Positions 53,320 through 64,000 of a stretch of 64,000 nt of DNA are shown piece by piece; the stretch's first letter is position 1, and every line of letters begins with the position of its first letter. This DNA comes from Phoronis australis (lineage: Eukaryota; Animalia; Phoronida). Position numbers and translations under genes: made by a program. Below the pieces are notes generated by a model, which saw only the letters and a program-made list of their open reading frames with translations, was not told the origin of the DNA and did not search any database. The stretch covers positions 561,074-625,073 of the forward strand of contig NMRA01000194.1 in NCBI GenBank assembly GCA_002633005.1, given 5' to 3'.

Positions 53320-53468
53320 TCAGTAGCGAAAACGTATTCGTATGGCACCTTCGGTTAAATTGCGCGGGCAAGGGAGGCGGCGTTTTTGTTTCTTTGGTCT
53401 TGCCTCGGGGGGGGGGGGGGNGGGGGGGGGGGGGGTTAGGTAGCCTGAACCCTGTACATCCGCCGCTG
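53320..53468. mobile_element. MITE related to 15401-15760, with a poly-G tract containing an N
   Basis: CAGTAGCG ... ACATCCGCCGCTG termini and a G-run at ~53407-53435. Confidence 0.5.
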
Positions 53469-54344
53469 GTGTCGAAGAAGAGATTTGTATCAAAAATGTT
53501 TGGTATTTAAGCATATACTGCTGACTTTTTTCGTCGCCTGCTTTCTTCTCTGTTACCACCGGCATTGTTTTTTAATCATGAACATCGCAATGTTTTGACT
53601 GTAAAATTCAAGCCAAATAATGCCCGTTGTTGGTACCCTATTTTTTGTAAATATTACGCGTTTACCTACAGGAGACGGGTAAGAGTACGAAACGGTGTAT
53701 TCTGAGAAGGAAATACTTCAACTCGAAACTGTCAGCTTAGAATTCTTGAATTATTATGATTTTCGTACTGAAATTTCGCCTGACGTCACATTGAAGAAAT
53801 AAAATCTTGACTTGTCGTGTTAACAAATTGAATAATCTTAAATGATCTGAACTGGCTACCGAATGAAGTAATATCATTAACCACATTCATTCATGAATGT
53901 CAATTAAATCACGTAGAGTTAATTTTAGTGGGCAGAAAACGATTCGCCACATTATTTTAAGTCTACCACGCCGTAGTAAATTGAATGTAACGCAACCACT
54001 GAGATACGCTGTTTCCCAGTTCTTCGAAATTATTGCGCTGTGAAATTATCATTTAACATGACCTCCCACTGATCAACAGAACGACGTAACATTAGGACAT
54101 TTTCATTGGTTGAAAAATAACAGTGTTACATTTCCATTGGTCGATCTTGTTTTATGCAATGGAAGTGGTATTCAAATGGTGGACGAAACCGTGGGCTCGT
54201 GTACGTTGGATTGTAAGACACCCACCTTCGTTGGATTTCTTGGTATTCAATAGCATATGAAAACAATAGTCACATACGGGTAGTCATTACTCGTAGCCCT
54301 ATAGGTCATCGTCACTGTATTTTTAAAGAATGAAAGAATTTTGT

Positions 54345-54478
54345 ATCGCTCCGGCTGGTGATTAGGTGATCGTACAGCAGACCGTGACTCAGGTTCGAGC
54401 CACTTGCCGTTTGAATCTCATTCTTAGTCATTGATCTCTAAAGAGGCTACTGACACTAAGCCGCATCATTAAAAATAC
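54345..54478 (+). mobile_element. Possible degenerate SINE
   Basis: B-box-like GGTTCGAGCC at ~54392. The A box is poorly preserved. Confidence 0.35.
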
Positions 54479-57400
54479 CTTAGATACGTTTGTATTACTT
54501 TTGGAAAAGGAACTTCGCTAATAGTGATGTGTGCGAGAGAGTTTTTTGAAACAGTGACGAAAAGGTTTCAGAATGAGTTGGGACGCAGACCAGAACCAAA
54601 AAATGCCACCAGCACCGTTGGTAATAGAATAACGTATGAAGTACTTGAAGGACAATAACAATATTAACAGGATATGAACGAGTTCAGGTACTCGCATGGT
54701 TGTGGGTTTTGACTTGAATGAAGACGAAGGGAATTGTGCTCTAATCGCTCAAAAGTATACACTGCCCTCTGTCATAGCGCTGTCTTTAGTGAGGAGAGTG
54801 ACTCTGTAAAAGGATGATGAGGTATGCACAAATGCTTGCGTACACGCTTGAGTTCGAAGGTTTGTAAACGTATAGTGCGCATATGGTCTGAGAATGGTAC
54901 ACTGAATCGCTTTATTTTGGTTGTCGCCTTGTTATCTGAAGTACGTCACAAAACACAAACTTGTCTGGGATGCATCGATTTAGGCTCTTCTTTTAGTTGC
55001 AGGGATCATAAGCCGCACAGGTGGATGGGTGTGCGTAAACATTTCTTAACATCAACCAATCGCAATGTGCAAATTTATTTTCTCAACAATCAAATGCCTG
55101 ACTCATTACTTCTTTCTGTTAACCAACGAGAAACTGTACATGATCCATTAACAGTTCAACCGTCGCAGCATTGTGAAATAGTGCTCGGCAAGGTATGAGC
55201 ACGGAGTGGGCAAAGTAGCACTTTTTGCTGGTAGGTTAAGGTTATGTAATAGAACTATACAACATTGGAATGCCAAAATGATTACCACGCCTGCTGATGA
55301 CGGTAATCTCTACATGAACATCCAGTACCGCTTAGTATGCTATGCGCATTTTGCTTGGCTGTTGAACATTTGAGAACTTTCTGGAGAAAATATCTGATTT
55401 CCTTAAAGATTTAGATCTCATGTGACTAATATAGAATTGGACTTTTCAACAATTAGAAATAGCTTAAATGTTTCAGACGCTTAACTCAGTATGGAAATAA
55501 TTCAACATCAATGAACGTGATCCATACTGTCCTGGCGAACGCCATGTGAGGTCAAACGAATTCAGCCCAAACTGATCAAGACGCCGATGAAAGGTTCTCA
55601 ATATCACCTGGTTCCTTCCTGTGCATTCTGAATTTACCCAGGAGAATCATTATCGAAAATGTCGCACGTACAGTAATGCACGAACTATTCCAGTAGGGAA
55701 TTTTTATCGAATTATTTAGCCACGCATTGACATATTCGTCAAACTCGATCTCATTTGAGAGGACTGGTCTGTAGCAAAAATGTGTCAGTTGTAGTTAGTT
55801 CAATAAAACTTAGTTGCAGCTGAGTTTGGGTTCACGATTGGCACATACTGTCTAGTGGATTTCAAATTGAAAATAGTTTATGCCCTTCACGGAGTGCAAC
55901 TGGGGTCTGTTTCATGAAAAATCAATTGAGACTTAAGACAAAACTTTGATCCTTCGCTTCCACTTCCCAATTTCTGAATAAAGGTTCAGCCAAGTTTTTC
56001 TCAGCACACCATTGTCTAGAAATAATTTATAGAATTTATCTCAGAAGCTAACAGTTACGTGTTTATTCTCAGAAATTTTGCGACATCTCTTGGAGACGAT
56101 GACGGCTTTGTAACAACAAAATAAGAAATCCGGTTTGCTGGTATTAAAATACTAAAAACTTGTAACGAAATGAAACCAGTTCTGATAATTTGTTGTGTAA
56201 TGTAAGTAACCTCGTGGAAAGACAACTGTTGAATGAAGAAACGGCGAAAAAAGAAACTGACCAATAGGTGACCCACGGCATGGCGCCGAAAGCCGACGCA
56301 AGAGATTGCTCCAAAACTTTAGCAGCAGAACGACGGTAGAACGCAATTGTCCCAACACCGGTAAATAACTTAGTTTACTCAAGGAAGACTATAGCTTTTA
56401 ATGGCACTAATTTTGTGTCATATTTTATTTGGCCAGTTTTTTGCCCTCATCAACGCATAGCTTTTCGAGCATACAGCTTTGTTAACGACAAGCATGATAG
56501 TAAAATTTGTGATGAGACGCAAAAAGGACTGCCGGTTTAGCACACCTTCGTTCAAACAAGATCCATGACAGAGATCATGTGGCTCAGGAAGCTGAAATAC
56601 ACAACTTGATTAAAATTAATTGCTGACAAGTTTCAAGATTTTTTACTGGTATCCAGGTCAGTGACGTGCCTCGTAGCAAGTTGTGTCGACATAAAACGTA
56701 CATATAGCCAACATCCGCACGATGACGCCTATGAAGATATTATGCTACGTGTGCATTGACATCTTGTAACAGTGGTGGCGCTGTATTTGCGAGTGCGACA
56801 GCACCACCTTTAATTCAAGCAGTTCATGGTTAGTAAAGCAAATATAACAAATAACGTTTCATGACCTTTCTTAGTGATAATAATAAATGACTTTGCACTG
56901 AGGGATAATTGAACGATGGTGTTGAAGTTGATATTCATAACACTAGCTAGTGTACGGGCATTAGCTTTCGCTGTGTTTACGTTAGATACGGAAGTTGCTC
57001 TGGCGATACATGCTTGAGTTAGGAAACAAAAATGTTATCAATGCTTTTTATTTATCATTTGTTATCGTCATCAATTTTTGTTCTTAAATATCGAATTTCA
57101 TCTTTTGCTGAAAGTCCATTTTTATAGTTAGTTCGCCGTGATGGTGGTAGTGCTACGAAGTAGATACATGTACACGCAATGTGTCTTTAATTCACATGTA
57201 CTTATACATGTATATTCATCAATGTGTGTATTACGCGTTTAGCTGTAGTGAACAAAGTCCTCAATTAAATTATCTTGATATTATTCCCATCATAGTAGAG
57301 CATGAAGCCGATTGCTGTGTGAACAGATTGTGGCACAGGGGAGCGCAGTGGCATTGAAATCTGGAATACAGAAGCTTTTGGAGACACATGCCTCGCACTG

Positions 57401-57743
57401 TATTGTATCCTCTTTTAACAAAACCAGTACCCTGAACTGTACGCAGATCTTCAAATGATGGTCGACCGGGTATATTGAGAAGTAATGTTCGTAGGCAGAA
57501 ATGTTCAATGTCTATCGGACTGGCAGGGTTAATACGCCCAATAAAATTATTGCCTCCTCTTTTCCTACTATGAAGATGAAGTTTTGATCCAGAAATCGAA
57601 ATTTTTAATCAATTATTTTTCGAAAAGGTATTTCCAATCTCGAGTTGTTTTTTTGTAGTAACCGGAAATGTAAAAGAGATAAGAAAAACAACGGAAGATC
57701 AAGCACAATTGGTAGCAATTTTGATATATCCACGACTAGTTTT

Positions 57744-57870
57744 AACCTGTCGCTTTGACAGGTTTGTCGATACACCAGTCAGGTCTGGGTAACATGCACT
57801 GCAACATTGTGTTTGACCATAACAGAGAATGGCTGCCAGGTCGAGTCGAGTTTCGTCTTTCCGACAGGTT
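57744..57870. mobile_element. Small MITE (AACCTGTCG...CGACAGGTT)
   Basis: 9-bp TIR. Similar CCGAC/GTCGG-rich segments occur at ~13215-13320 and ~18100-18258. Confidence 0.45.
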
Positions 57871-58689
57871 TAGATTTTTTAGTTGTGGAGAATATTGACT
57901 ATATAGCATGTAACATATAACAACATGAAAGTGTCATGCACACATGAAAACATAAATGGGATTCTAGATGCTATCAAATAAGTCACGGAACATCTTACTT
58001 TGGATAGTCTTGACAGCATACTTTATGCCTTTCATGCTTACTGTAATGTCATTACGTATCTAGTTAGTTCCCTTATTTTTTGTTCCCCTGTGAAGGGAGA
58101 TGTTCCGTGACCAATCTTCTGTCTTCGACCTAGTTTTGAAGTTTTGACCTGGTTTTGGATTAAAATGACTTCTATCCAACAACGCTACTTTCACTGACTC
58201 ACTTTTACAACACGAAACAAAAACTTTTAGCCATTAAAAGAAAGAATCCAACGGATGTTATTCCAATGAAGCAAAAGGTTAATACAGGTACCAATTTCGA
58301 AATATTCTGTCAAGTTAGTTAATGACTGTAATCTCAGTTGACTTAGTTAAACACGTGATTTGATGCGGAACAATGCAAACACTTGTTTGCAACTGGAATT
58401 TGAATTTGAACCCAAAATGCAAGAATGTGGTGATCGTATACTATTTATGATCATAACATTCCACAACAGGACTCGCGTAGCGAACGCCGAATGAACGATT
58501 AAAACAAGAAGCACCAAACTTTTGAACCATGAGTGTCGACTCTGTGGACTAGTAAGAACTGAGACAAAACTGTGATAGTGCTTGGGCATCGGATCGCTTT
58601 TTTGTAAAAATGGACAAAAATACCTGAGTGCGCTAAATACTGGAATAAAGGTAGAGATTTTGGCCATATACCTCTGATTTAAAAGTACT

Positions 58690-59250
58690 TTTAACGGAAA
58701 GAATAAGCGAGGAACTCGCACAGTCCAGTCGTCTTGGTTTCGCAGTATGTGAAGGGGCACGCGGAGTACTTGTACCGGGCGGTGAACGGGTGCGCGTAAA
58801 ATACCGAGGCGGCGCATTCACTTCACTCGAGTTTCTGAAAATTATTCAAGGTCTACATCGTTTCTTCGATTTCTCTCGCCGCCGAATATTGAGCACGCAA
58901 CCCTGTAGGCGTAAACGGCAAACGCAGGCGGCGGACGAATACCCCCAAGTGGTATTTGGTTTTAAGAAAGAAGCGCGTTTGCAAACTGAAGCCACAACTC
59001 GGTAAGACGAAGAAAAAAACGCGCTGGGATTTTGAGGCCACACAATCCGGCGCTTTTCCGTCGCGGAAACGAAACGAAACGGGAGGAGGCGTCGGGTGGG
59101 GGCGGGTGTCCGCACTGTCGCTTTTGAGTTGTTCTTGTCTGACGGATTCGAAGCCAACATCCGGGCCTCGTGCATGTGTTTTGATGTATAGACTTGCCGT
59201 GGCAGCTAGTGAGAAATGCCGAGGGGGAAAAAGCTACACCGAACATTAGT
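58690..59250 (-). repeat. GC-rich dispersed repeat, homologous to 2150-2590
   Basis: Alignment as described for 2150-2590. The overlapping ORFs in many frames have no recognisable domain. Confidence 0.7.
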
Positions 59251-59399
59251 GATCATCTCAAGAGACAGGAATATTTCTTAAAGAGACTGTGTTATTTTAA
59301 AACTTCAATCATAATTTACTTATGACTATAAAAAAATAATGAACTCAATTTTAACAAGCATACTATGAGCATTAATTAGTTACAAGGTATATTTAGAAA

Positions 59400-59830
59400 T
59401 ATTATAATATTTATGATAATCATAATGATATTGATTAAAAAAGTAAATGATATTGATTTATATTAATGATAACGGTACTGATATCGATGACAGTGATAAT
59501 GATAGCATTGCCAATAATAACAGCAACAGCGAAATAACAATGATAAAAATATAGTTTTTGGTATTGATAAGAGAACAAATATTGGTACTGATAATGATAA
59601 TTATAGTAGCACTAGTGAAAATGATGTAGGCTAAGCTAATAATGGTGATATTAATAATAATAACATCTGTACTGAAAATAACTCTGATAATGGTAGTGGT
59701 AAGGATACAAATAGCAGTGTCAGATCTTGACCTGACTGTAGCAATGACAGCAATAATATTATGGAGGCAAGATTAATGTCTAGGTAGTTATGAAAGTGAT
59801 GTAAGAATAATGATAATAAAAGTCATACGT
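59400..59830. repeat. Decayed (AAT/GAT)n low-complexity tract
   Basis: 3-bp periodic ATAATG/ATGATA runs. Confidence 0.75.
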
Positions 59831-62154
59831 ATAAAAGTACCAATAATGAGCCCAAGACAATGTACAGTTCTTTCGAGGCAAACGTTAAAGTCAAAATTGA
59901 TGGATAGCGATGACAGTGTCGGCTGTGATCTGTGGCAACACATTTATACGGGCAGTGCGACTTGTTGAACATTATTTTCATATAGTGTATATAAGAAATC
60001 ATGTCTGGGACTTGACTATTTTGTAAACACTAGTTGCTGGGCATCGTTCTCAATCTTACTTGCCAGCATAATTGTTGACATATATAACTAGGTCGGTACT
60101 TTTGTTGACCTGAGTAATTAATGCAGTCTGCGTTCACCTCTTTCGAGAATCATGGTGGCTCCGTTCAGCAGAAAACTCAAACTACTGATCAACCGTTTTA
60201 TAATACTTCTTTATAACTAAATAAGGTGTCATTAAAATGCAGTTTTAAAGCAAAATCTTGTGACAAAATGTTTTGTGATTTGTTAGAAAGATGACGTCAC
60301 GAACTGAGAGTTCTTCCCAAGGGGTAACGATAATACGGAGACCCGGTAAATTTCAAATTTATTTTCTATTTGACAGAAAGTGGGCCGATAATACATGCTT
60401 AATACAACAAAATATGTCGAGTCTTTGTGATTTGATAATGAGCCACCGGTTCCACCTTCCAGTCGAAGTTTTTTTAGAACACAAGTAGCTTTACATAGAT
60501 GCTTAGTTTTGATTGGTTTTAAAATTAAACCTAAACTTTTGCGAAAATAAACCAAGAAAAATCACATTCTCGTAAGAAAATCGAAGTAGTGTTGATGAAA
60601 AAGCTCCAAACAGCTGTTGAAGCGTTGTCTGCGGTAAATGCGGCCAATTCGGTTCAACTTGCACATTAAATTGTTGCCGGTCATGTCACCAATTCGTAAA
60701 AACTGTTGCTTCTTGTTGGCAGTTTACATCACGACTGGCTAGAGTATTTCCGTATCTTGGCAACTGTGAGTGTAGTGTCACGACGTCGCTTCTCGCGCCT
60801 GCTCACGTTTCGCATACTAAATACCTACCTCCCTACACCCATGTAATGTACTCAACGCGGACTTACGCCTTTAATCTTCCTTGACAATATGCAAGTGCCA
60901 ATCAGCCAATCAAATCCAATGGAATGTTAACACAATTAATTCTAGATTTTTATATTAGATCTGTTTGAATTGGCAAGCAAACTCGCTAAGCGGATTTTTT
61001 ATCCCGAGGGACTTTGGCGACAAGAAGCACGTTTTCCTTTTGCATCAGTTAATAATTGATCCTCAACTCATTACAGAAAGTCTGGTCTCAGGGTTCAGCG
61101 ATCTGATGGGTTAGTGTGAATTCCCAGCTCGGAAGCCCCTGAGTGGTGTTGATGTGATGTGCGTCAAACCTGACTAAAATGTAGCTATTTCAGTGCCAGA
61201 ACCGGGCGCATGTAAATATCCATTATACATCTCCTTGAAGCATTTTGGTCAGAGGCGGCGGTAGAGGAATTGTGCTTATTTGAGTTAGAGGAAATTATAT
61301 AAATCGGTAACTAGAAAGGAAAATACGTTTAATGAGTAGTTTAGTGAGCATACTCAACACGTTGAGAGACACCTGGATAGAGGATTTTTGCTGGTCGACT
61401 TTCTGAGGAGGTACGAGTTTTATGTTTCGTCTGTTACATATGGCCACAATAATCAGCACTGTCACTTTCTCAGTATAAGCAAGAAGCGTTTTTGTGTGTG
61501 CATGTGTTCTCTTCATCTTGTGTATTGTCGGTGTGAAAAGATACGTGTATTTCCATTTCTGCCGGAGGGGCGTACTTGCGCTGTCTCCTTACAAAATTTC
61601 TGAAAACTACTTCCCCGTTAAGAAAATCGCTTCCGTTGATGTAATCGCAGAAACTGAAAATATACCCGGAAAATCACCAGCTTGACACCGGGTCATGGGG
61701 TTCTGAATCATCGATTGTTGAAACGGAGTGTGGTTGACCGACTTAGCTTCAATAGATGAACTCGTAATTAATTGTGTTTTCAGCAATCACAACACTTTCA
61801 CACCGTGAACTTTCCTGCTCATAATATTCAGGAAAATCGGTTGTAACATACATCTTTATTTTAAAATATTCAACAAGCCCCCGACTTTCTTGTTACCAAC
61901 GTTACAATTAATCACGAACACTTAGACTGTGTTTCGTGTTACAGAGTGAATTTTACAATATTAAACCCAGTAAAATCTGAAGCCTTTTTTGAGTCGCTGA
62001 AGTTTCGATATTCTTGCTGGTAACTGCCAGAAATATCACGAGGCCGATTTTATGAAAGTAAAAGGCTTGATTTAGTTTTTGGTTTTTGCCAAGCTAATCA
62101 ATGCGAAATGCAACAAAAGTTGGGAGAAAGCCTTACAAAAGACTTCTTACACCA

Positions 62155-62307
62155 GGGCTGAGTTGCAGAAAGCTTCAAAAGTTATCCGCTGGATAAGTTT
62201 GATTGTTGCATGACGTCAGGGTCATTGTTCCACAATAACAATGTGACGCGTGATAATGCTATGTCATTGTTGCTTATACTGCGTATAACTTTTATGCAGC
62301 TGGGCCC
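62155..62307. mobile_element. ~150-bp MITE
   Basis: GGGCTGAGTTGCAGAAAG...AAAAGTTATCCGC pairs with GCGTATAACTTTTATGCAGCTGGGCCC. Confidence 0.6.
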
Positions 62308-62382
62308 GGATCATAAATATTGCGAAACCTGCGATACCTCTTTACGTCAGAGCCTATGCATACTTATTCCTGAGACACGTTA

Positions 62383-63230
62383 AAGCCTTGGTCACAACCC
62401 GCCGTACGTGCAAGTGCGTGCTGTCTACGTGTAAAAACGTGGGGGAAATTTGGCGATCCGTACGTGGCAAGTACGGCCTCCGTGCGTTTTGGTGAATACG
62501 CAGGAGAACGCAGACACGACGTAGCACTTTTAGTGCATGCAGAACTTTCTCTGCGTGCAAGCTGCGTTCGCTTTACAGATTCACGGCAGTACGTGTGACG
62601 TGCGTGCCCTGCACAGCCAACGACCCCACAACGCACTGACACCGTGAGTCTTTAAAACTTTCTCAACGGTCCCTTTGCCTGTGGATGGCGCACTTGGCAC
62701 TAAGTCATCTTCATGAGCTGCAACTTGAACCTGCTTTTGCAGCATCTGAATTATGAGTCTCTTGGAAATAATTGGCGGCATCTTTAGTCAGCAGGAGCTA
62801 GGACATCTAGAAAACCTCGGAAGATTGACCTATATATACCTACCCGACAGCAAGCGAAAAAAAACTCACGTTCATTGTACTTGCACGCACTTACAACGTA
62901 CGAGTGAGTAAGGAAAGCGTGCGTCAGCTGCATGTGTACGTACGGCCTCCGTACGACAACGTGGCAATCGCACGGAGATTGTACGTGGTAAGCACGATAC
63001 ACGCACGCACAACTCACTTACCACGTGCGCAACGTATGCTGAAAGCTGCCGCCCACGGCCAGGCGTGCCGTACGTGTCACGCACTTACACCTTACGGGTG
63101 ACGTGCGTTGACGTACGTCCTCCCTGCGCTTGCCACTCCCTACTCACGTTTTCAGAAAAACGTGGTGCCCGTGGCGTCCGCAGAAAACGTACGAACAATA
63201 AACACGCACGGCGGGTTGTGACCATAGCTT
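62383..63230. mobile_element. ~850-bp non-autonomous DNA transposon with ~28-bp TIRs and ACGT/CACG-rich subtermini
   Basis: AAGCCTTGGTCACAACCCGCCGTACGTG ... CACGCACGGCGGGTTGTGACCATAGCTT, flanked by TA on both sides (TA or TWA target; Harbinger-like is possible). Confidence 0.85.
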
Positions 63231-64000
63231 TAGGTTGACGCAAGACTCTAGCGAGCAGTTAGTGTGATCACGTGCTTCGTTTGTAATTCATGGTGTTATC
63301 TCGTGAAGACCCGCACGAATTCAATTTTCTCATAACATCATATACAATGTATGTCCGAGTTTTATGTCATGGTTTCCATTGTTTTGGCTGTCATTGGCCT
63401 TGCTGTTTCGTAGAAAACGTGGATCTCGGGCCAAGAATACGTTATATAATTTCACATTTTTCATTTCATGTTTTTCATAATCAATACTTAAAATCATATG
63501 ACAAAATATTTATGGTGGAAATACATAAATTTCACCAGGCACGTTGATGGGTTAAATCAAATACCGAAATTGTTTTTGACAATCATACTATACCGATTTC
63601 TAAAGTGCATTCGTGATGTACTTTTATGCTACTCCCCAGACGTATCACTGATGCGCGTTTGAGCAGACCCGCATGAAACTGTCGACCAGTTCAGATCAAG
63701 ATCAGGCATCGGGGCTGGGGCATCCCCCGTCTTTAAATTGTGATCGCAATGTCAGAGAGGACGTGTCTGATTTTACCATTGAAAGCATCCTTTACTTATT
63801 GTCACATCGAACGAGAGGCTCCCCTTCAAATCATCTTATCAATTCTAATCACTGGATACGCCGTCAATTTGTACGTGCAATAAACAAACATTGGGTTCGT
63901 TGCGTGCTATAGCCATTACAACCACATTCGTCATCTCCTAGGGGAGCTGAAACAGATTGCAAACATCGTCTGAACTGGTCAACCGTGTTCGTGTTCGTGT

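Noticed and set aside
30400-63912. Many 60-150 aa ORFs in the track
   Set aside because: They have no domain motifs, often overlap in several frames or lie within MITEs, and are consistent with chance ORFs.

Overview
AT-rich eukaryotic genomic DNA, most likely from a marine invertebrate animal (inferred from the repeat content); there is no prokaryotic operon structure, CRISPR array or rRNA. The one host gene I can support is on the + strand. Three phase-compatible GT-AG exons (1604-1782, 12494-12672, 18404-18489) splice into a LamG-like/concanavalin-A jellyroll (Laminin_G_3-type) domain, which the ORF track largely misses. The 10.7-kb intron after the first exon seen here holds a pile-up of decayed retroelements: an L1/Tx1-type LINE interrupted by a CR1/L2-type LINE, tail-to-tail with an antisense CR1/L2-type LINE carrying a decayed 2A-like motif, plus a Helentron/DINE-like element. 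The rest of the window contains a Gypsy RNase H/LTR end, a Tc1 relic, a Kolobok-like element with a THAP relic, a ~1-kb foldback, many MITEs and tRNA-derived SINEs. Two near-identical duplications sit exactly at single-N joins and look like two haplotypes assembled in tandem; one reveals a ~2.8-kb indel. I found no convincing evidence of a wholly new biological system. Boundaries of decayed repeats are approximate and were read by eye.
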